From Candidatus Marinacidobacterales bacterium (GTDB lineage Bacteria > Acidobacteriota > Vicinamibacteria > Marinacidobacterales > SMYC01), in the NCBI GenBank assembly GCA_965224085.1, contig CBDCYI010000004.1:352001-416000 (forward strand): a stretch of 64,000 nucleotides of DNA. Reading direction: 5' to 3'. Under the pieces are notes generated by a model. That model saw only the letters and a program-made list of their open reading frames with translations, was not told the origin of the DNA and ran no database searches. Of the stretch, positions 52,871-64,000 are shown piece after piece. Each line of letters begins with the position of its first letter. Position 1 is the stretch's first letter. Position numbers and translations under genes: made by a program.

Positions 52871-55800
52871 ATGTCGATGCGGCTCGTCAGCCTATCTGTC
52901 CTCCTTTCATGGACTCACCTAGTGGAAGGGGCCAAGTCGCCGCCTCCCGCCTACGCACTCCAAAATGCACGCATCGTCACGATGGCGGGGCCCATCATCG
53001 ACTCGGGAATGCTCGTCATGCGCCATGAGCGCATCGCTGCCGTCGGCGCGGACGTCACCGCGCCCGTCGACGCCATCGTCATCGACGCGAGCGGCTGGAC
53101 ACTCTATCCCGGATTCATCGACGCGCATTCGAGCGTCGGTATCCCCGACGCCCCGAAAGAATCCGCGAAAGAGGCCTTCGATCGTCGCGAGCGTGGCTTT
53201 CCGTGCGGCCGGTGTTACCGTCGCTGCCATCGCTCCGAAGGACGGCATCCTCAGAGGTCAAAGCGTGGTGTTGGCGCTCGGCGATGGGCGCATCGACGAG
53301 CTCCTGCTCCGCGAGAGCTGGTCTCAGCACATCGCCTTCGAGCCGTTTTCCCGCCAGCGCAGCGATTACCCCGGAACGCTCATGGGGGTGCTCGCTTCGA
53401 TCCGACAGCACTTTTCCGACGCGCTCTGGTATGCCGAGTCCTGGCGGCGCTTCTATGAAGCACCGGACACCATCGAGCGTCCCAGATTCGACGAAAGCCT
53501 CGAGGCACTCGGCCCCGCCGCGCGCAGCGAGCAGCCCGTCGTGTTCTCAGCGTGGTCCGACAACGCCATCTTGCGCTCGCTGCAGCTCGCCGATGAATTG
53601 AGCGTCGATGCCGTGGTGAGTGGCGCCATCGACGGCTGGCGTGTGGCTAGAGCACTCGCCGAGAGCGCCCTCCCCGTACTCGTCTCGCTGGACCAACGAC
53701 CGCGGCGCGACCCTGTCGGCTTCGGCTCGCGCTCGACAGGCGGGCTGATGCACAGCCCCGGCGCGGAAGACAAAAAGGACGCCGAGACGAACCCTGGAAG
53801 GCTCCATTCCGCTGGCGTTCGCTTCGCGTTTGCAACCCACGGGCTCGACAAGGCCGAGAGTTTTCTTCCGAATCTTCGCCGCTCTGTCCGTGCCGGCCTT
53901 CCCGAGACCGCCGCGCTCGAAGCGTTGACGACGACGCCGGCGCAATTTCTGGGTCTAGACGCGAACCTGGGAACGCTCGAGGTCGGCAAAGCAGCCCATG
54001 TCGTTGCAGTCGCAGGCGATCTATTCGCAGATGACGGCGCCGTCACCGCCACCTGGGTCGATGGTCGCCTGTACGAAACCGAACGCTCCACGCCCAAAAA
54101 GGCTGAGGCGAGCGGCACCAAGGACAACGGCGTCACCGGCTCTAAGGACCGCGACGACGACGACAAGCGCGATTTGCGCGAGCTTTGGCAAAGGCGGGCT
54201 CCGACCGGCCCCCTGTGGCCAGAAGCCCACGCAACAGCGATCCGTCACGCCACGCTCCTGACCGTCACGGACGGCACCATTTCGCAAGGAACCATCCTTA
54301 TTAATGACGGCCGTATCGAGGCTGTTGGACCCGATGCGAGTGTCCCTGTGCCAGCCGGCACCCGGGAGATCGACGCGACGGGCATGTTCGTGATGCCTGG
54401 CATCGTAGACGCCCACATCCACATCGCGATCGCGGGCGGGGGCAACGAGTCGTCCCATGCCGTCACCCCCGAAGTCCGTATCGCCGATGTCATCGACCAC
54501 CGAAGCCCCTCTATGTTCCGAGCCCTCGCGGGAGGTGTCACTACCGTCAACGTCCTCCACGGCTCGGCCAACGTGGTAGGCGGTCAGAACGCCGTCATCA
54601 AGCTCCGCTGGGGTAAGGATGCGGCGGACCTTTTTTTCGAGGGCGCTCCGAGAGGTGTGAAATTCGCGCTGGGCGAGAATCCCAAACAAACGAACCGCAG
54701 GCGTCCCAACGGCGTCAGCCCGCGCTATCCGGCGACGCGCATGGGTGTCGAGCTCACGTTGCGAACGAGCTTTACCCGCGCGCAGGAATACCAAACCGAG
54801 TGGAAGACCTATGAAACCGCCCGCGCGCGGGGCGAAGACCCGATGCCGCCGCGGCGCGACCTTCGGCTAGAGGCCTTGGCGGGCATTTTGGATGGAAGCA
54901 TTCTCGTCCACGCGCATTGCTACCGTTCGGACGAGATTCTGATGCTTCTGCGCGTCGCCGAAGATTTCGGTTTTCGCATCGCTTCGTTGCAGCATGTGCT
55001 CGAAGGCTACAAAGTCGCCGATGAGATCGCGACTCACGGAGCTGGCGCCTCCACCTTCTCCGATGGATGGGGATACAAAAATGGAAGCGTTCGACGCGAT
55101 CCCCTACAACGCCGCACTCATGGCGAGCCGCGGAGTCACCGCCTCGATCAACTCTGACGCCGTCGGGGAGATGACGAATCGGCTCTACGTCCAGGCCGCG
55201 AAAGCGATGAAATACGGGAGCGTGTCCGAAGAAGAAGCGCTGAAGATGATTACGCTCAACCCAGCAAAGCATCTTCGCATCCAACATCGCGTCGGTTCGA
55301 TCGAGACCGGTAAGGACGCCGATCTCGCGATCTACACCGCCCATCCTTTTTCCGCCGACGCCCAAGTCGCCTATACGCTCGTTGATGGCCAGGTTTACTT
55401 CGATCGCAGCAAAGTGGAAACAACGGCCGTGGCGCTCGAGACACTTCATACCGAAGCTGGCGATTCAGGCGAAGCAGACGACTCCCCCGCTATAAGGGAA
55501 CGCTTCGCGACATGGAAAGCGCCCGAATCCGCGCCGCTGCCGCCAGGATATGGCGACGTGCAAGCGCCCGCGTTGTCCTCGTCGCGCGACGTCGCTATCG
55601 TGGGCGGCAAAGTGCTCACGATGGCCGGGGCAGCGGTCGAAAAAGGGACCGTTTTGATCAGAAACGGCAAGATCGCCGCCGTTGGGACGGATGTCGAAAT
55701 TCCGCCCGGCGTCGAGGTGATCGATGCCAAGGGGCTAACGGTCACACCGGGCCTCATCAATGCGGGCACGACGGTGGGACTCTCGGAAATCGGCGCTGTC

Positions 55801-56838
55801 TCAGCAACGCGGGACGAGCGGGAGATCCAAGACGTCAATAGCAGCGTGAAAGCGGCGGTCGCCATCCACCCTCATTCCGAGATGATCCCCGTCACGCGCG
55901 CGAACGGCGTGACGACGACGCTCAGCGCGCCGACAGGAGGATGGATTTCGGGCCAGGCGGCGCTCATCGACCTCGCGGGCTGGACCGCGCCCGAGCTCGT
56001 CGCCACGAGCCCGCTCGCCATGATGGTGAGCTTTCCCGAACATTCTGGCTTCGCCGCTCCCGACAAGGAAGAGCGCGAGCGCATCGACAAAGATCGCAAG
56101 ACGCTCTGGAGTTGGATGCGGCGAGCACAAGCCTATGCCGGCGCCCTCGCGAGCGGACGCCTCCCGAGCCAACCAATGACGAGCTCAGACAATGATGACA
56201 GGGACGAGCTTGAAGCACTCGTGCCGGTCGTGCGCGGAGAGCTTTCGGTCGTGATCCAGGCGGAGACCGCCGAGGGTATCCGCGCCGCTCTCGTTTTTGC
56301 GAAAGAGCTCGGCTTGAAAACGATCCTCGCGGGAACACGGGACGTATGGCGCGTCGCGGGCGAGCTCGCAGCGGCGGGGGTCCCTGTCATCCTCGGACCC
56401 CTCGAGAGCCGACCCGCGCCAGGAGACCCATACGACGCCGTTTTCAGGGCCGCTGCCCTTCTCGAAAAGGCCGGCGTCCCCTTCTGCTTTCGAACGGGCG
56501 GCGCGACAAATGCGCGCAACCTCCCCTTTCATGCGGGGCTCGCGGTCGCCTTCGGGCTTTCTCGCGAGAGCGCCTGGCGCGCTATGACGCGCCGCGCGGC
56601 CGAGATCCTCGGTGTGAGCCAGCACTACGGAAGCCTCGAGGTCGGGAAAGTCGCGAATGTTGTCGTCGCGGAGGGTGATTTGCTCGACGTGCCGACTCGG
56701 GTGCGTTATGTCTTCATTCGCGGCCAGTCAGTGGACTTGAGCTCGCGCCACACCCGTCTGTACGAAAAATTCCGCGCAAGACCGAGACCAGCGGTGAGAG
56801 GAACCGATGACCGAGCAGCCCGAAGTCCTCATCCCTGA
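52871..56838 (+). pseudogene. Secreted multi-domain amidohydrolase (three modules), frameshifted at about 53185 and 55080
   Basis: PGFIDAHS, PGIVDAHIH and PGLINAGT, each followed by a G.LE.GK.A-type motif; GGAGG RBS and signal peptide. Confidence 0.75.
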
Positions 56839-57349
56839 GGACGAGATCCAAAAAAGAGTCCAAGCGCTCGGCGCTCAGATCTCCAAGGACTATAAAGACG
56901 TCGACGACATCTACATGCTCGGCGTTTTGCGCGGGGCATTCATCTTCCTGGCGGACCTCTCGCGCGTCCTCACCGTGCCGCGCCGTGTCGACTTCATCGC
57001 GCTCTCGAGCTACGAGAGCCTCTCGAAAACGGCGACGGGCGCAGTCCGCCTCGTTCTCGACGTACGAGCACCTCTCCGAGGCAAGCACGTACTCATCGTA
57101 GAAGACATTGTCGACACCGGTTATACGCTCCAATACTTGATACGCACGCTCCAAGCGCGCGAACCGGCGTCGCTCAAAACGGCAAGCCTTCTTCAAAAAC
57201 CGGATCGCCTCAAGGTACCGATCTCGATCGACTATCTCGGATTCACGATTCCAGACGAGTGGGTCGTCGGCTATGGGCTCGATTGGGGGGACCGCTTCCG
57301 GACTCTTCCTTATATCGGCGTCGTCCAGCCCCCCGACGAGGTGGCTTGA
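56807..57349 (+). CDS. hpt: Hypoxanthine phosphoribosyltransferase
   Basis: VLRGAFIFLADL, VLIVEDIVDTGYTL and VVGYGLD motifs. Confidence 0.96.
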   Translation: MTEQPEVLIPEDEIQKRVQALGAQISKDYKDVDDIYMLGVLRGAFIFLADLSRVLTVPRRVDFIALSSYESLSKTATGAVRLVLDVRAPLRGKHVLIVEDIVDTGYTLQYLIRTLQAREPASLKTASLLQKPDRLKVPISIDYLGFTIPDEWVVGYGLDWGDRFRTLPYIGVVQPPDEVA

Positions 57350-57439
57350 CATCGGAAACGCTGACCGAGCGTGGTTTGCCGGGACTCGGATCGTCTCGTA
57401 GAATAATTCTGTAGCAATCACGCAAGACGGAGGGGCAGA

Positions 57440-57769
57440 TTGCTCGGGAGGACGGCGGGCGTTTTTCTATTTTTGTTCTCGACGCCCGCGCTCTGGGCGC
57501 AGAGCTACCACTTCCAGAACTACTCCGTTGAGCATGGCCTCGTGCAGTCGACGGTTTTGGCGACGCTCCAACATCCCGGCAGGCATGGGAGGCAAAGAGG
57601 CGGCAGCCAAGCTCAAGGAGATCGAGCCGGACGTCAAGCTCGTCGTTTCGAGCGGCTATTCGAGCGACCCGTCATGGCCGAGTACTGGGAACACGGCTTC
57701 TGCGACGTGCTTCCCAAACCTTTCGATGCTGGAGCGCTCGGAGCACTCGTTGTACGCGTCCTCCAATAG
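57440..57769 (+). pseudogene. Collapsed hybrid sensor kinase: propeller N-terminus joined to a receiver C-terminus
   Basis: Signal peptide + YHFQNYSVEHGLVQSTV, then GMGGKEAA..VSSGYSSDP and VLPKPF. Confidence 0.7.
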
Positions 57770-57773
57770 ACGG

Positions 57774-59325
57774 TCAGTCACGAAGCTCGGCAAAACCTGC
57801 AGGCGGACGTCGATGCTTGGTCGCCTGCTCATAGGCATAGGCCAGCTCGATGAGGCGTCCCTCCGCATAAGGCCTACCGAGGATCTGCAAGCCTGCCGGT
57901 AAGTTTTTATACGAATAGCCCATGGGCACCGACACCGCTGGCATCCCGGTCGCGGGTGCGACGAGCTGGCTGTTATCCCCTTTGTACTCCTCGCTCGGCT
58001 TGTTGAGATGCGCCGGCGGATTGGTCCAGCTCGGATACAGAATCGCGTCGACGTCGTCGCGATCCATGGCCGCGACGACGTCGGCCACGTACGCCTGACG
58101 CCCGGGATGATCCGCGTAGTCCGGGCAAGGCGGATCCCACTCCGGCGGCGGCACATCCAAAGGGCGGTCGGCGTGGCGCGCGAGTCGACTCTCAACATAT
58201 TCGGAATAGTCCCCGTTCTCGTAGGCTTCCATGACGTCACGGATAGGCGCGTTCTCACCGAGCGATTGCAAGTAAACCAACATGTCGTAACGGAATCGGG
58301 AGCAACCGTTCTTCGCATCCAGATGGCTCTCGAAGTCATCGATCTCGATAGGATCGACGATGACCGCCTCGGCAGCGCGCAAGTCCTCGACCGCCTTTTC
58401 GAAGAGCGCAATGACTTCCGGATCGGCGTCGGTGTTTACGAGTGCACGCAATACACCGAGTCGCGCACCCTCGAGTGCTTTGGCCCGAAGAAAACGCGTA
58501 TAGTCGGGCTCACGCCACGCACGCCCGAGCTCGGTATAGGGGTCGGCGGGATCATAGCCAGCCACCACATCGAAAAGACGCGCGCCGTCTTCGACGGTAC
58601 GCGTCATCGGCCCCGCGATATCGCGGTCGAACGCGAGCGGGATGACGCCGTCGCGACTCGTGAGACCGATCGTCGAGCGGATCCCGAAAAGGGCGAGGTG
58701 GGATGACGGCCCCCGAATAGAGTTGCCGGTGTCGGAGCCGAGGCCTGCGACCCCGAAGCTCGCGGCGACGCCCGACGCGGTCCCGCCGCTCGAGCCCGCA
58801 GGTACCCGATCGAGCGCATAGGCGTTTGCGGTGATGCCATAGGAGGAGCTCTCTGTTCGTCGCGGGCTGAACGCCCATTCCGCCATGTTCGTCTTGGCTA
58901 CGACGATCGCATCCGCTTCCCGCAGCTTGCGCACCATGAAGGCGTCGTCCGGCGGTAGGCTCTGCCTTGAGCGCGACGGATCCGCCCGTCGTCGGCAAGT
59001 CGTGGGTATCAAAATTGTCTTTCACGAGGATCGGTGCGCAAAAGAGCGGCCCGAGCTCGTCTCCGCTCGTGAGGGCCTCGTCGATCTTGTCAGCGCGCTC
59101 GAGTGCCTCGGGGTTGACGACCGTAATAGCGCCTAGCCCGCTTTCCCGATCATAAGCTTCGATGCGATCAATATGGGCCTGGACGACGACGCGACAAGTC
59201 GTACGACCAGAACGGAGGGCGTCTTGAATGCCCGCGATGGTCGCTTCCACGACTGGGATTTTTTCGGGAGCAGAGGTTTGGCAGCCCGCACAAAACACGA
59301 GGGCAACAACGGCGGAAATCTTCAT
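57774..59325 (-). pseudogene. Amidase-signature family protein, frameshift at about 58965
   Basis: LVKDNFDT..TTGGS in one frame; GSSGG and GSDTGNSIRGP in the next. Confidence 0.85.
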
Positions 59326-59482
59326 GTCCCCGAGAGCCTAACATGGCGAGCACCGCCGAAGGGCTAGAGCGCCGCCACCGCGCCGGTATAAAATCCCACT
59401 ATCGGTGCCCACGTGACGGATGCTGTCGAGTTCTACTCTCATTGCTTTATTTGCATAGCGAGCGCATCCTAGGGGCCTATCG

Positions 59483-60612
59483 ATGAAGCTCGATCTCACC
59501 CCCCGCCAATCCGGGACGGTCGCAGCAGCCGCTACGGCACTCGCCGCCGGTGTGATTCTATCCGTCGTGCTCGGGGTCTTCTTCTGCTCGCGCGCTTCGT
59601 GGCCGTTTTCTCCAGCGTATTTCTACCTCTGCTCATAGCACTCGTCCTCGCGCTCGTGCTCCGACCGGTGCAGCAATTTTTTCACGAGAAGCTGCACGCG
59701 CCACCCGCCGCTTCCGTGGCGCTCGTATTCGTATCCATCTTGATGCCCGTCGGCCTGTTCATTTGGTTCTTGGGCGTACTCGCGGCGTCGCAAATATCGG
59801 AACTCGTTGGAAAATTGCCGGAGCTCGTGGACCGCGCGCGGGTTTTCATCGAGACACACTGGCCGGAGGTCAAGCAGTTTTGGGACCAGTACGGGATGAC
59901 GGGACGCTTGCAGCAGCTTGTGACAGAAGAGGCCAAATCGATCTGGAACGCAGCGACAACGGTGACGCGGTCGGCCTTTTCCGCCGGCGCGAGCGCGTTT
60001 CGGAGCGTGGCCGCCGCGCTCAGCTGGTTCGTGCTCCCGGTCTATCTCGCGTTCTTTCTTATGGCTCCGCCCTTTCCCCGAAAAGACTGGAACGAGCTAT
60101 TGCCGTTTTTGAAAGAGGATACGAGAAACGACCTCATCTACCTGATCCGGGAATTCATCAATATCGTCGTGTCCTTCTTCCGAGGTCAGCTCATCGTCGC
60201 GTTCGGCCAGGGGCTTCTCTTTGCCGTGGGCTTTACGCTGGTGGGACTACAGCACGGCTTCATCCTTGGCCTCTTGCTCGGTTTTCTCAACATCATCCCC
60301 TACCTGGGCAGCATGATTGGCCTCGCTATAGCACTCCCGCTCTCGTTGTTTCAACCGGATGGCGGGACCGTGCGGATGACGCTCGTGCTCGTGGTTTTTA
60401 CCATCGTACAGTTGATCGAAGGCTACTACCTCACGCCGAAAGTCATGGGGGAGCGGACTGGGCTTCACCCGCTCGCGATCATCGTGGCCTTGTTCTTCTG
60501 GGGCACGGCCTTCGACGGGATCGCCGGAATGGTGCTCGCGATTCCTCTCACGGCCTTTCTCGTAGTATTCTGGCGGTTAGCGAAAGCCAAATACATCACG
60601 GAGATCGTGTAA
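59483..60612 (+). pseudogene. AI-2E family transporter, frameshift at about 59585
   Basis: FFRGQL, IIPYLG, LTPKVMGERTGLHP and GMVLAIP; N-terminal TM helix in another frame. Confidence 0.8.
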
Positions 60613-60617
60613 GCGCC

Positions 60618-61919
60618 ATGACACTCAGCCTGAAACACCTGAAACGGATAAGACGGTGGATCTTCTTCTTGGCTGCGCTTCTCGTCGCCGGCTCGCCAGC
60701 GTTCTCACAAGACGACTGCTCCGTCGTCGGACAGAACACTTTCGTCAGGCAAGTTCTCGACGAGTACTACCTCTGGTACCACGAGCTCCCCGATGCGAGC
60801 CCGTCCCTTTACGACTCCCCCGAGGACTATCTTGAGGCGGTGCGCTTCCGGCCCCTCGATAATAGCTTCAGCCACATTGCTTCCGCTCAGGTCACGACCG
60901 CTTTCTACTCGAACAGCCAGTTCATCGGCATCGGCTTCAGCTCCAGGCTTCTCTCCCCCGAGGAGTATCGAATCGCCCAGGTGTTCCCGAGCAGCCCCGC
61001 CTCGGATGCGGGGCTCGCGCGCGGAGACTATCTGCTTGCCGTCGACGGACGGCCCGTCCCGGAGCTCATCGCGAACGGTGAGCTCAATGCCGCACTCGGT
61101 CCGTCCGAGATCGGCTACACTCTCGAGCTGAGCTGGCGCTCGCTGACGGGAATGGAGTCGAGTGCCTTGGTGAAGAAGCGTCCCGTGACCATCCCTACGG
61201 TCTCGCAAACGGCCATATTTAATGTGAACGGACTACCCGTGGGCTACGTCCACTTCCGCAATTTCGTCGAGCCTTCGATCCCAGCGCTGAATGCAGCTTT
61301 CGCCGAGCTCCGCCGGCAAGGCGTCGTCGATTTGATTCTCGATCTCCGCTACAACGGCGGCGGGCTCGTGAGCGTTGCTCAGCACCTCGCGAGCTTGATC
61401 GGCGGGCTGCGCACCAATATGAGGGTCTTCGTCGACTACATCCACAACGACAAGCAGACAGCGCGCAATCGCCAGGTACGCTTCGAGCTTCCCGCAGAAG
61501 CGATGAGTGCTCCTCGCGTGGTCATCATAACGTCACCCAGTTCGGCCTCCGCAAGCGAGCTCGTCATCAACGGTCTCGATCCGTTCATCCCCGTCACTCT
61601 CGTCGGACGACAAACGTTCGGCAAGCCCGTCGGCCAATACGGCTTCGAGTTCTGCGAGAAAGTGTTCTTTCCGGTTTCGTTCAAGTCCGTCAATTCAGTC
61701 GGCGAAGGCGAGTACTACGACGGCCTCCCCGTCGATTGCTCCGTCCGCGACGGACTCGACAAACCGTTGGCGGACCCGGAAGAAGCCTCACTCGCGGAAG
61801 CGCTCTACCATCTTGGGAACGGCGCATGCAGCCCAGACGCCGCTCAAAGACTCGAGACGACGGACCGGGGCCGCTTCGTCGAGCATACGGGTTTCGGCCA
61901 AATCGTCAACGCCTGGTAA
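60618..61919 (+). CDS. S41 family peptidase with PDZ domain
   Basis: YYLWY, SPASDAGLARGD, LILDLRYNGGG, SASASE and TFGKPVG motifs. Confidence 0.9.
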   Translation: MTLSLKHLKRIRRWIFFLAALLVAGSPAFSQDDCSVVGQNTFVRQVLDEYYLWYHELPDASPSLYDSPEDYLEAVRFRPLDNSFSHIASAQVTTAFYSNSQFIGIGFSSRLLSPEEYRIAQVFPSSPASDAGLARGDYLLAVDGRPVPELIANGELNAALGPSEIGYTLELSWRSLTGMESSALVKKRPVTIPTVSQTAIFNVNGLPVGYVHFRNFVEPSIPALNAAFAELRRQGVVDLILDLRYNGGGLVSVAQHLASLIGGLRTNMRVFVDYIHNDKQTARNRQVRFELPAEAMSAPRVVIITSPSSASASELVINGLDPFIPVTLVGRQTFGKPVGQYGFEFCEKVFFPVSFKSVNSVGEGEYYDGLPVDCSVRDGLDKPLADPEEASLAEALYHLGNGACSPDAAQRLETTDRGRFVEHTGFGQIVNAW

Positions 61920-62199
61920 GCTCCATCACCGCGGCGAACTTTCACGACTCGGAAACCGTGAACCGCACCCTACGCATGCTGATCGATGTGGCCCGGAGTA
62001 ACGCTGGGGAAGGCGTGGCCGATCGTCACAAATAGCGTCGACCGGCCAGCACAGACGGTTCCCGGAAAACGCCGTGGAGACGCCCCTAACCCACCGATCA
62101 AGACCGTAACGAAACACACCGCTCTTGCTTTTCTTGTCGGTCCATTGAGATAACCTCCCGCAAAGCGTATAAGATACGGCGACGGCACGGAGGTGCGCT

Positions 62200-63962
62200 A
62201 TGGAACTACTAGCCTTTGTTTTGAGTTCCGTATTGCTTTCGCAGTCACCAGCGGACGAGCGTTTTTGGCGGCCCGTCGTCATGGGCACGCACGGCATGGT
62301 GGCCGCGGAGCACCCGCTCGAAGCCATAGCCGGGATGAAAATCCTCGACGCCGGTGGTAACGCCATCGACGCAGCGGTCGCCGTCTTCTACATGACGACC
62401 GTGGTAGAGCAGCACCAGGCGGGTCTCGGCGGAGACGGATTCATCCTTGCTTACATCAAAGAAGAGGACCGTGTCGTCTTCTTCAACGGGACCGGGCCTG
62501 CGCCCGCGCGCGCCACCGCCGAGTTTTACCGAGAGCTCGGTGAGATACCGAACAAAGGACCTTATTCCACTGATGTTCCGGGTGCGGCGGGAGGGTTCGA
62601 TCTCGCGCTCTCGAAATACGGCACGATGAGCTACCGCGCGCTCCTCGCACCTGCCATCGAAGCGGCCAAGGGCCACCCGCTCGATTTCTGGGCGGCGGCG
62701 CAACACGCGCGCAACGTCGGCAAAATCTCCGCCTATCCGAGCTCCGTCGAGATTCTGATGACGGATGGGCATCCTGTCGCCGCGGGAGAGCTCTTCGTGC
62801 AGACCGATCTTGCCCGTACGCTCACTACCATCGCGAAAGACGGCGCAGACGCGTTTTACCGCGGTGCGCTCGCGCGCAAGAGCGCCGATTTTTATGCAGC
62901 AAAAGGTGGCCTGCTCAGCGCGGACGATCTCGCCAAATACGTCGCCGAACAAGCGGAGCACTTCGACACGGCCTATGCAGGTCTCGATGTCTACCAGAGC
63001 GCGCCCAACTCGCAAGGTATCGTCATGCTCGTAGCACTCAATATCCTCGAAGGCTACGACCTCGAGGCGCTCGGCCACAACAGCGTCGAATATCTGCACG
63101 TCGTCACCGAGGCGATGAAGCTCGCGTTCGCCGATCGCAATCGCTATGTTGGAGACCCGCGCTTCGTCGCACACAAGCGCTTCTTTCGAAAGACTACGCG
63201 TCCGCCCGGCGGAAGCTCATCCGGAGCGATCGCGCCATGGTCGTCGCGCCGCCGGGCGACCCAAGAAACGGCAAAGCACTTCTCGGAGGCGAGCGCCTCG
63301 AATATGCGAGCGACGCCGCGCCGATCACCGAACCTTCTCAACAAGAGAACCTGGACGGCCAAACGTCGTCGTTCTCGATCGCCGATCGCTTCGGGAACCT
63401 CGTCTCTGTAACCCATAGCGTGAATTCAGGCTTCGGGAGCGGGATGGCCGTCGAGGGAGGAGGGTATTTTCTCAACAACCGCATGCCCTATTTCTCCCTC
63501 GAAGAGGACGACGTCAACGTTCTCGTTCCCGGCAAGCGCACCCGGCACACGGTGAACCCAGCGCTCGCGCTCAAGGACGGCAAGCCCTATCTCGCATGGA
63601 ACACGCCCGGTGGCGACAACCAGCCCCAAGCAATGCTGCAAGCGTTTCTGGCCATCGTCCATTTCGGCGCGAACGTGCAGCAAGCCGTCGAAGCCGCCAC
63701 AGTGACGTCGAGTGCGTTTCGCGCCTCGATGTACCCAGGGCGGATTCGAGGAATGCTCACGATGCCGGCCGGGCTCGGAGAGCGCGCGGCCAAAGGTCTC
63801 GCCAAAAAGGGCCATCGCGTCGAAGTGCTCGAAGAGCAGCAGCCCTACATGCAAGCAGCCTCGGGCGCAGGCGCGGTCAAGATGCTGATGATCGACCCAG
63901 AAACAGGCACCTTCTACGGCGGGGTGAGCCCAGCGAAGAGCGACTACGTTCTCGGCTGGTGA
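62200..63962 (+). pseudogene. ggt: Gamma-glutamyltransferase family protein, frameshift at about 63175
   Basis: GGNAIDAAVA, GLGGDGF and LAFADR; TSSFSIADRFGN and TPGGDNQPQ in the next frame. Confidence 0.85.
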
Positions 63963-64000
63963 GCGTCATGGCGAACGGGGCTCGCGCTAAGTTAGGCGAG

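Noticed and set aside
55076-55083. A-run frameshift in the amidohydrolase read as programmed frameshifting
   Set aside because: An extra A in a homopolymer fits a sequencing error or decay; no stimulatory signal was seen.
59763-60617. Long N-terminal extension of the S41 peptidase ORF
   Set aside because: It overlaps the AI-2E transporter in another frame; a signal peptide begins at ATG 60618.

Overview
GC-rich bacterial chromosomal window; the gene style tentatively suggests Acidobacteriota or a similar lineage (inference only). The backbone carries hisS, cstA, an Fpg-like glycosylase, acnA, coaX, mqnD, ftsX, ftsE, udk, gatB, an acyl-CoA ligase, folK and hpt. Many genes are nonsense-, frameshift- or deletion-damaged, and several are in-frame chimeras. 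The strongest candidate for a new system is a LysW amino-group-carrier operon (lysW, missed by the ORF track; lysX, lysY, lysZ, lysJ). It has no LysK carboxypeptidase; an EgtC/Dug3-like Ntn gamma-glutamyl hydrolase sits inside it instead, LysX shows a mixed LysX/ArgX signature, and an ACT-domain gene is transcribed divergently. Other highlights are: a candidate sigma54-driven structured sRNA at about 13.17-13.32 kb; an ISNCY-type DDE element with 6-bp TA-NN-TA target duplications that fall on the stop codons of convergent genes, and which stacks with a second IS at one TAGCTA site; a Ser/Thr kinase bracketed by 27-bp palindromic direct repeats; and a recurring leaderless (-10)-N6-GTG gene start. 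No rRNA, tRNA or CRISPR array was seen. All family calls come from motif recognition, not database searches.
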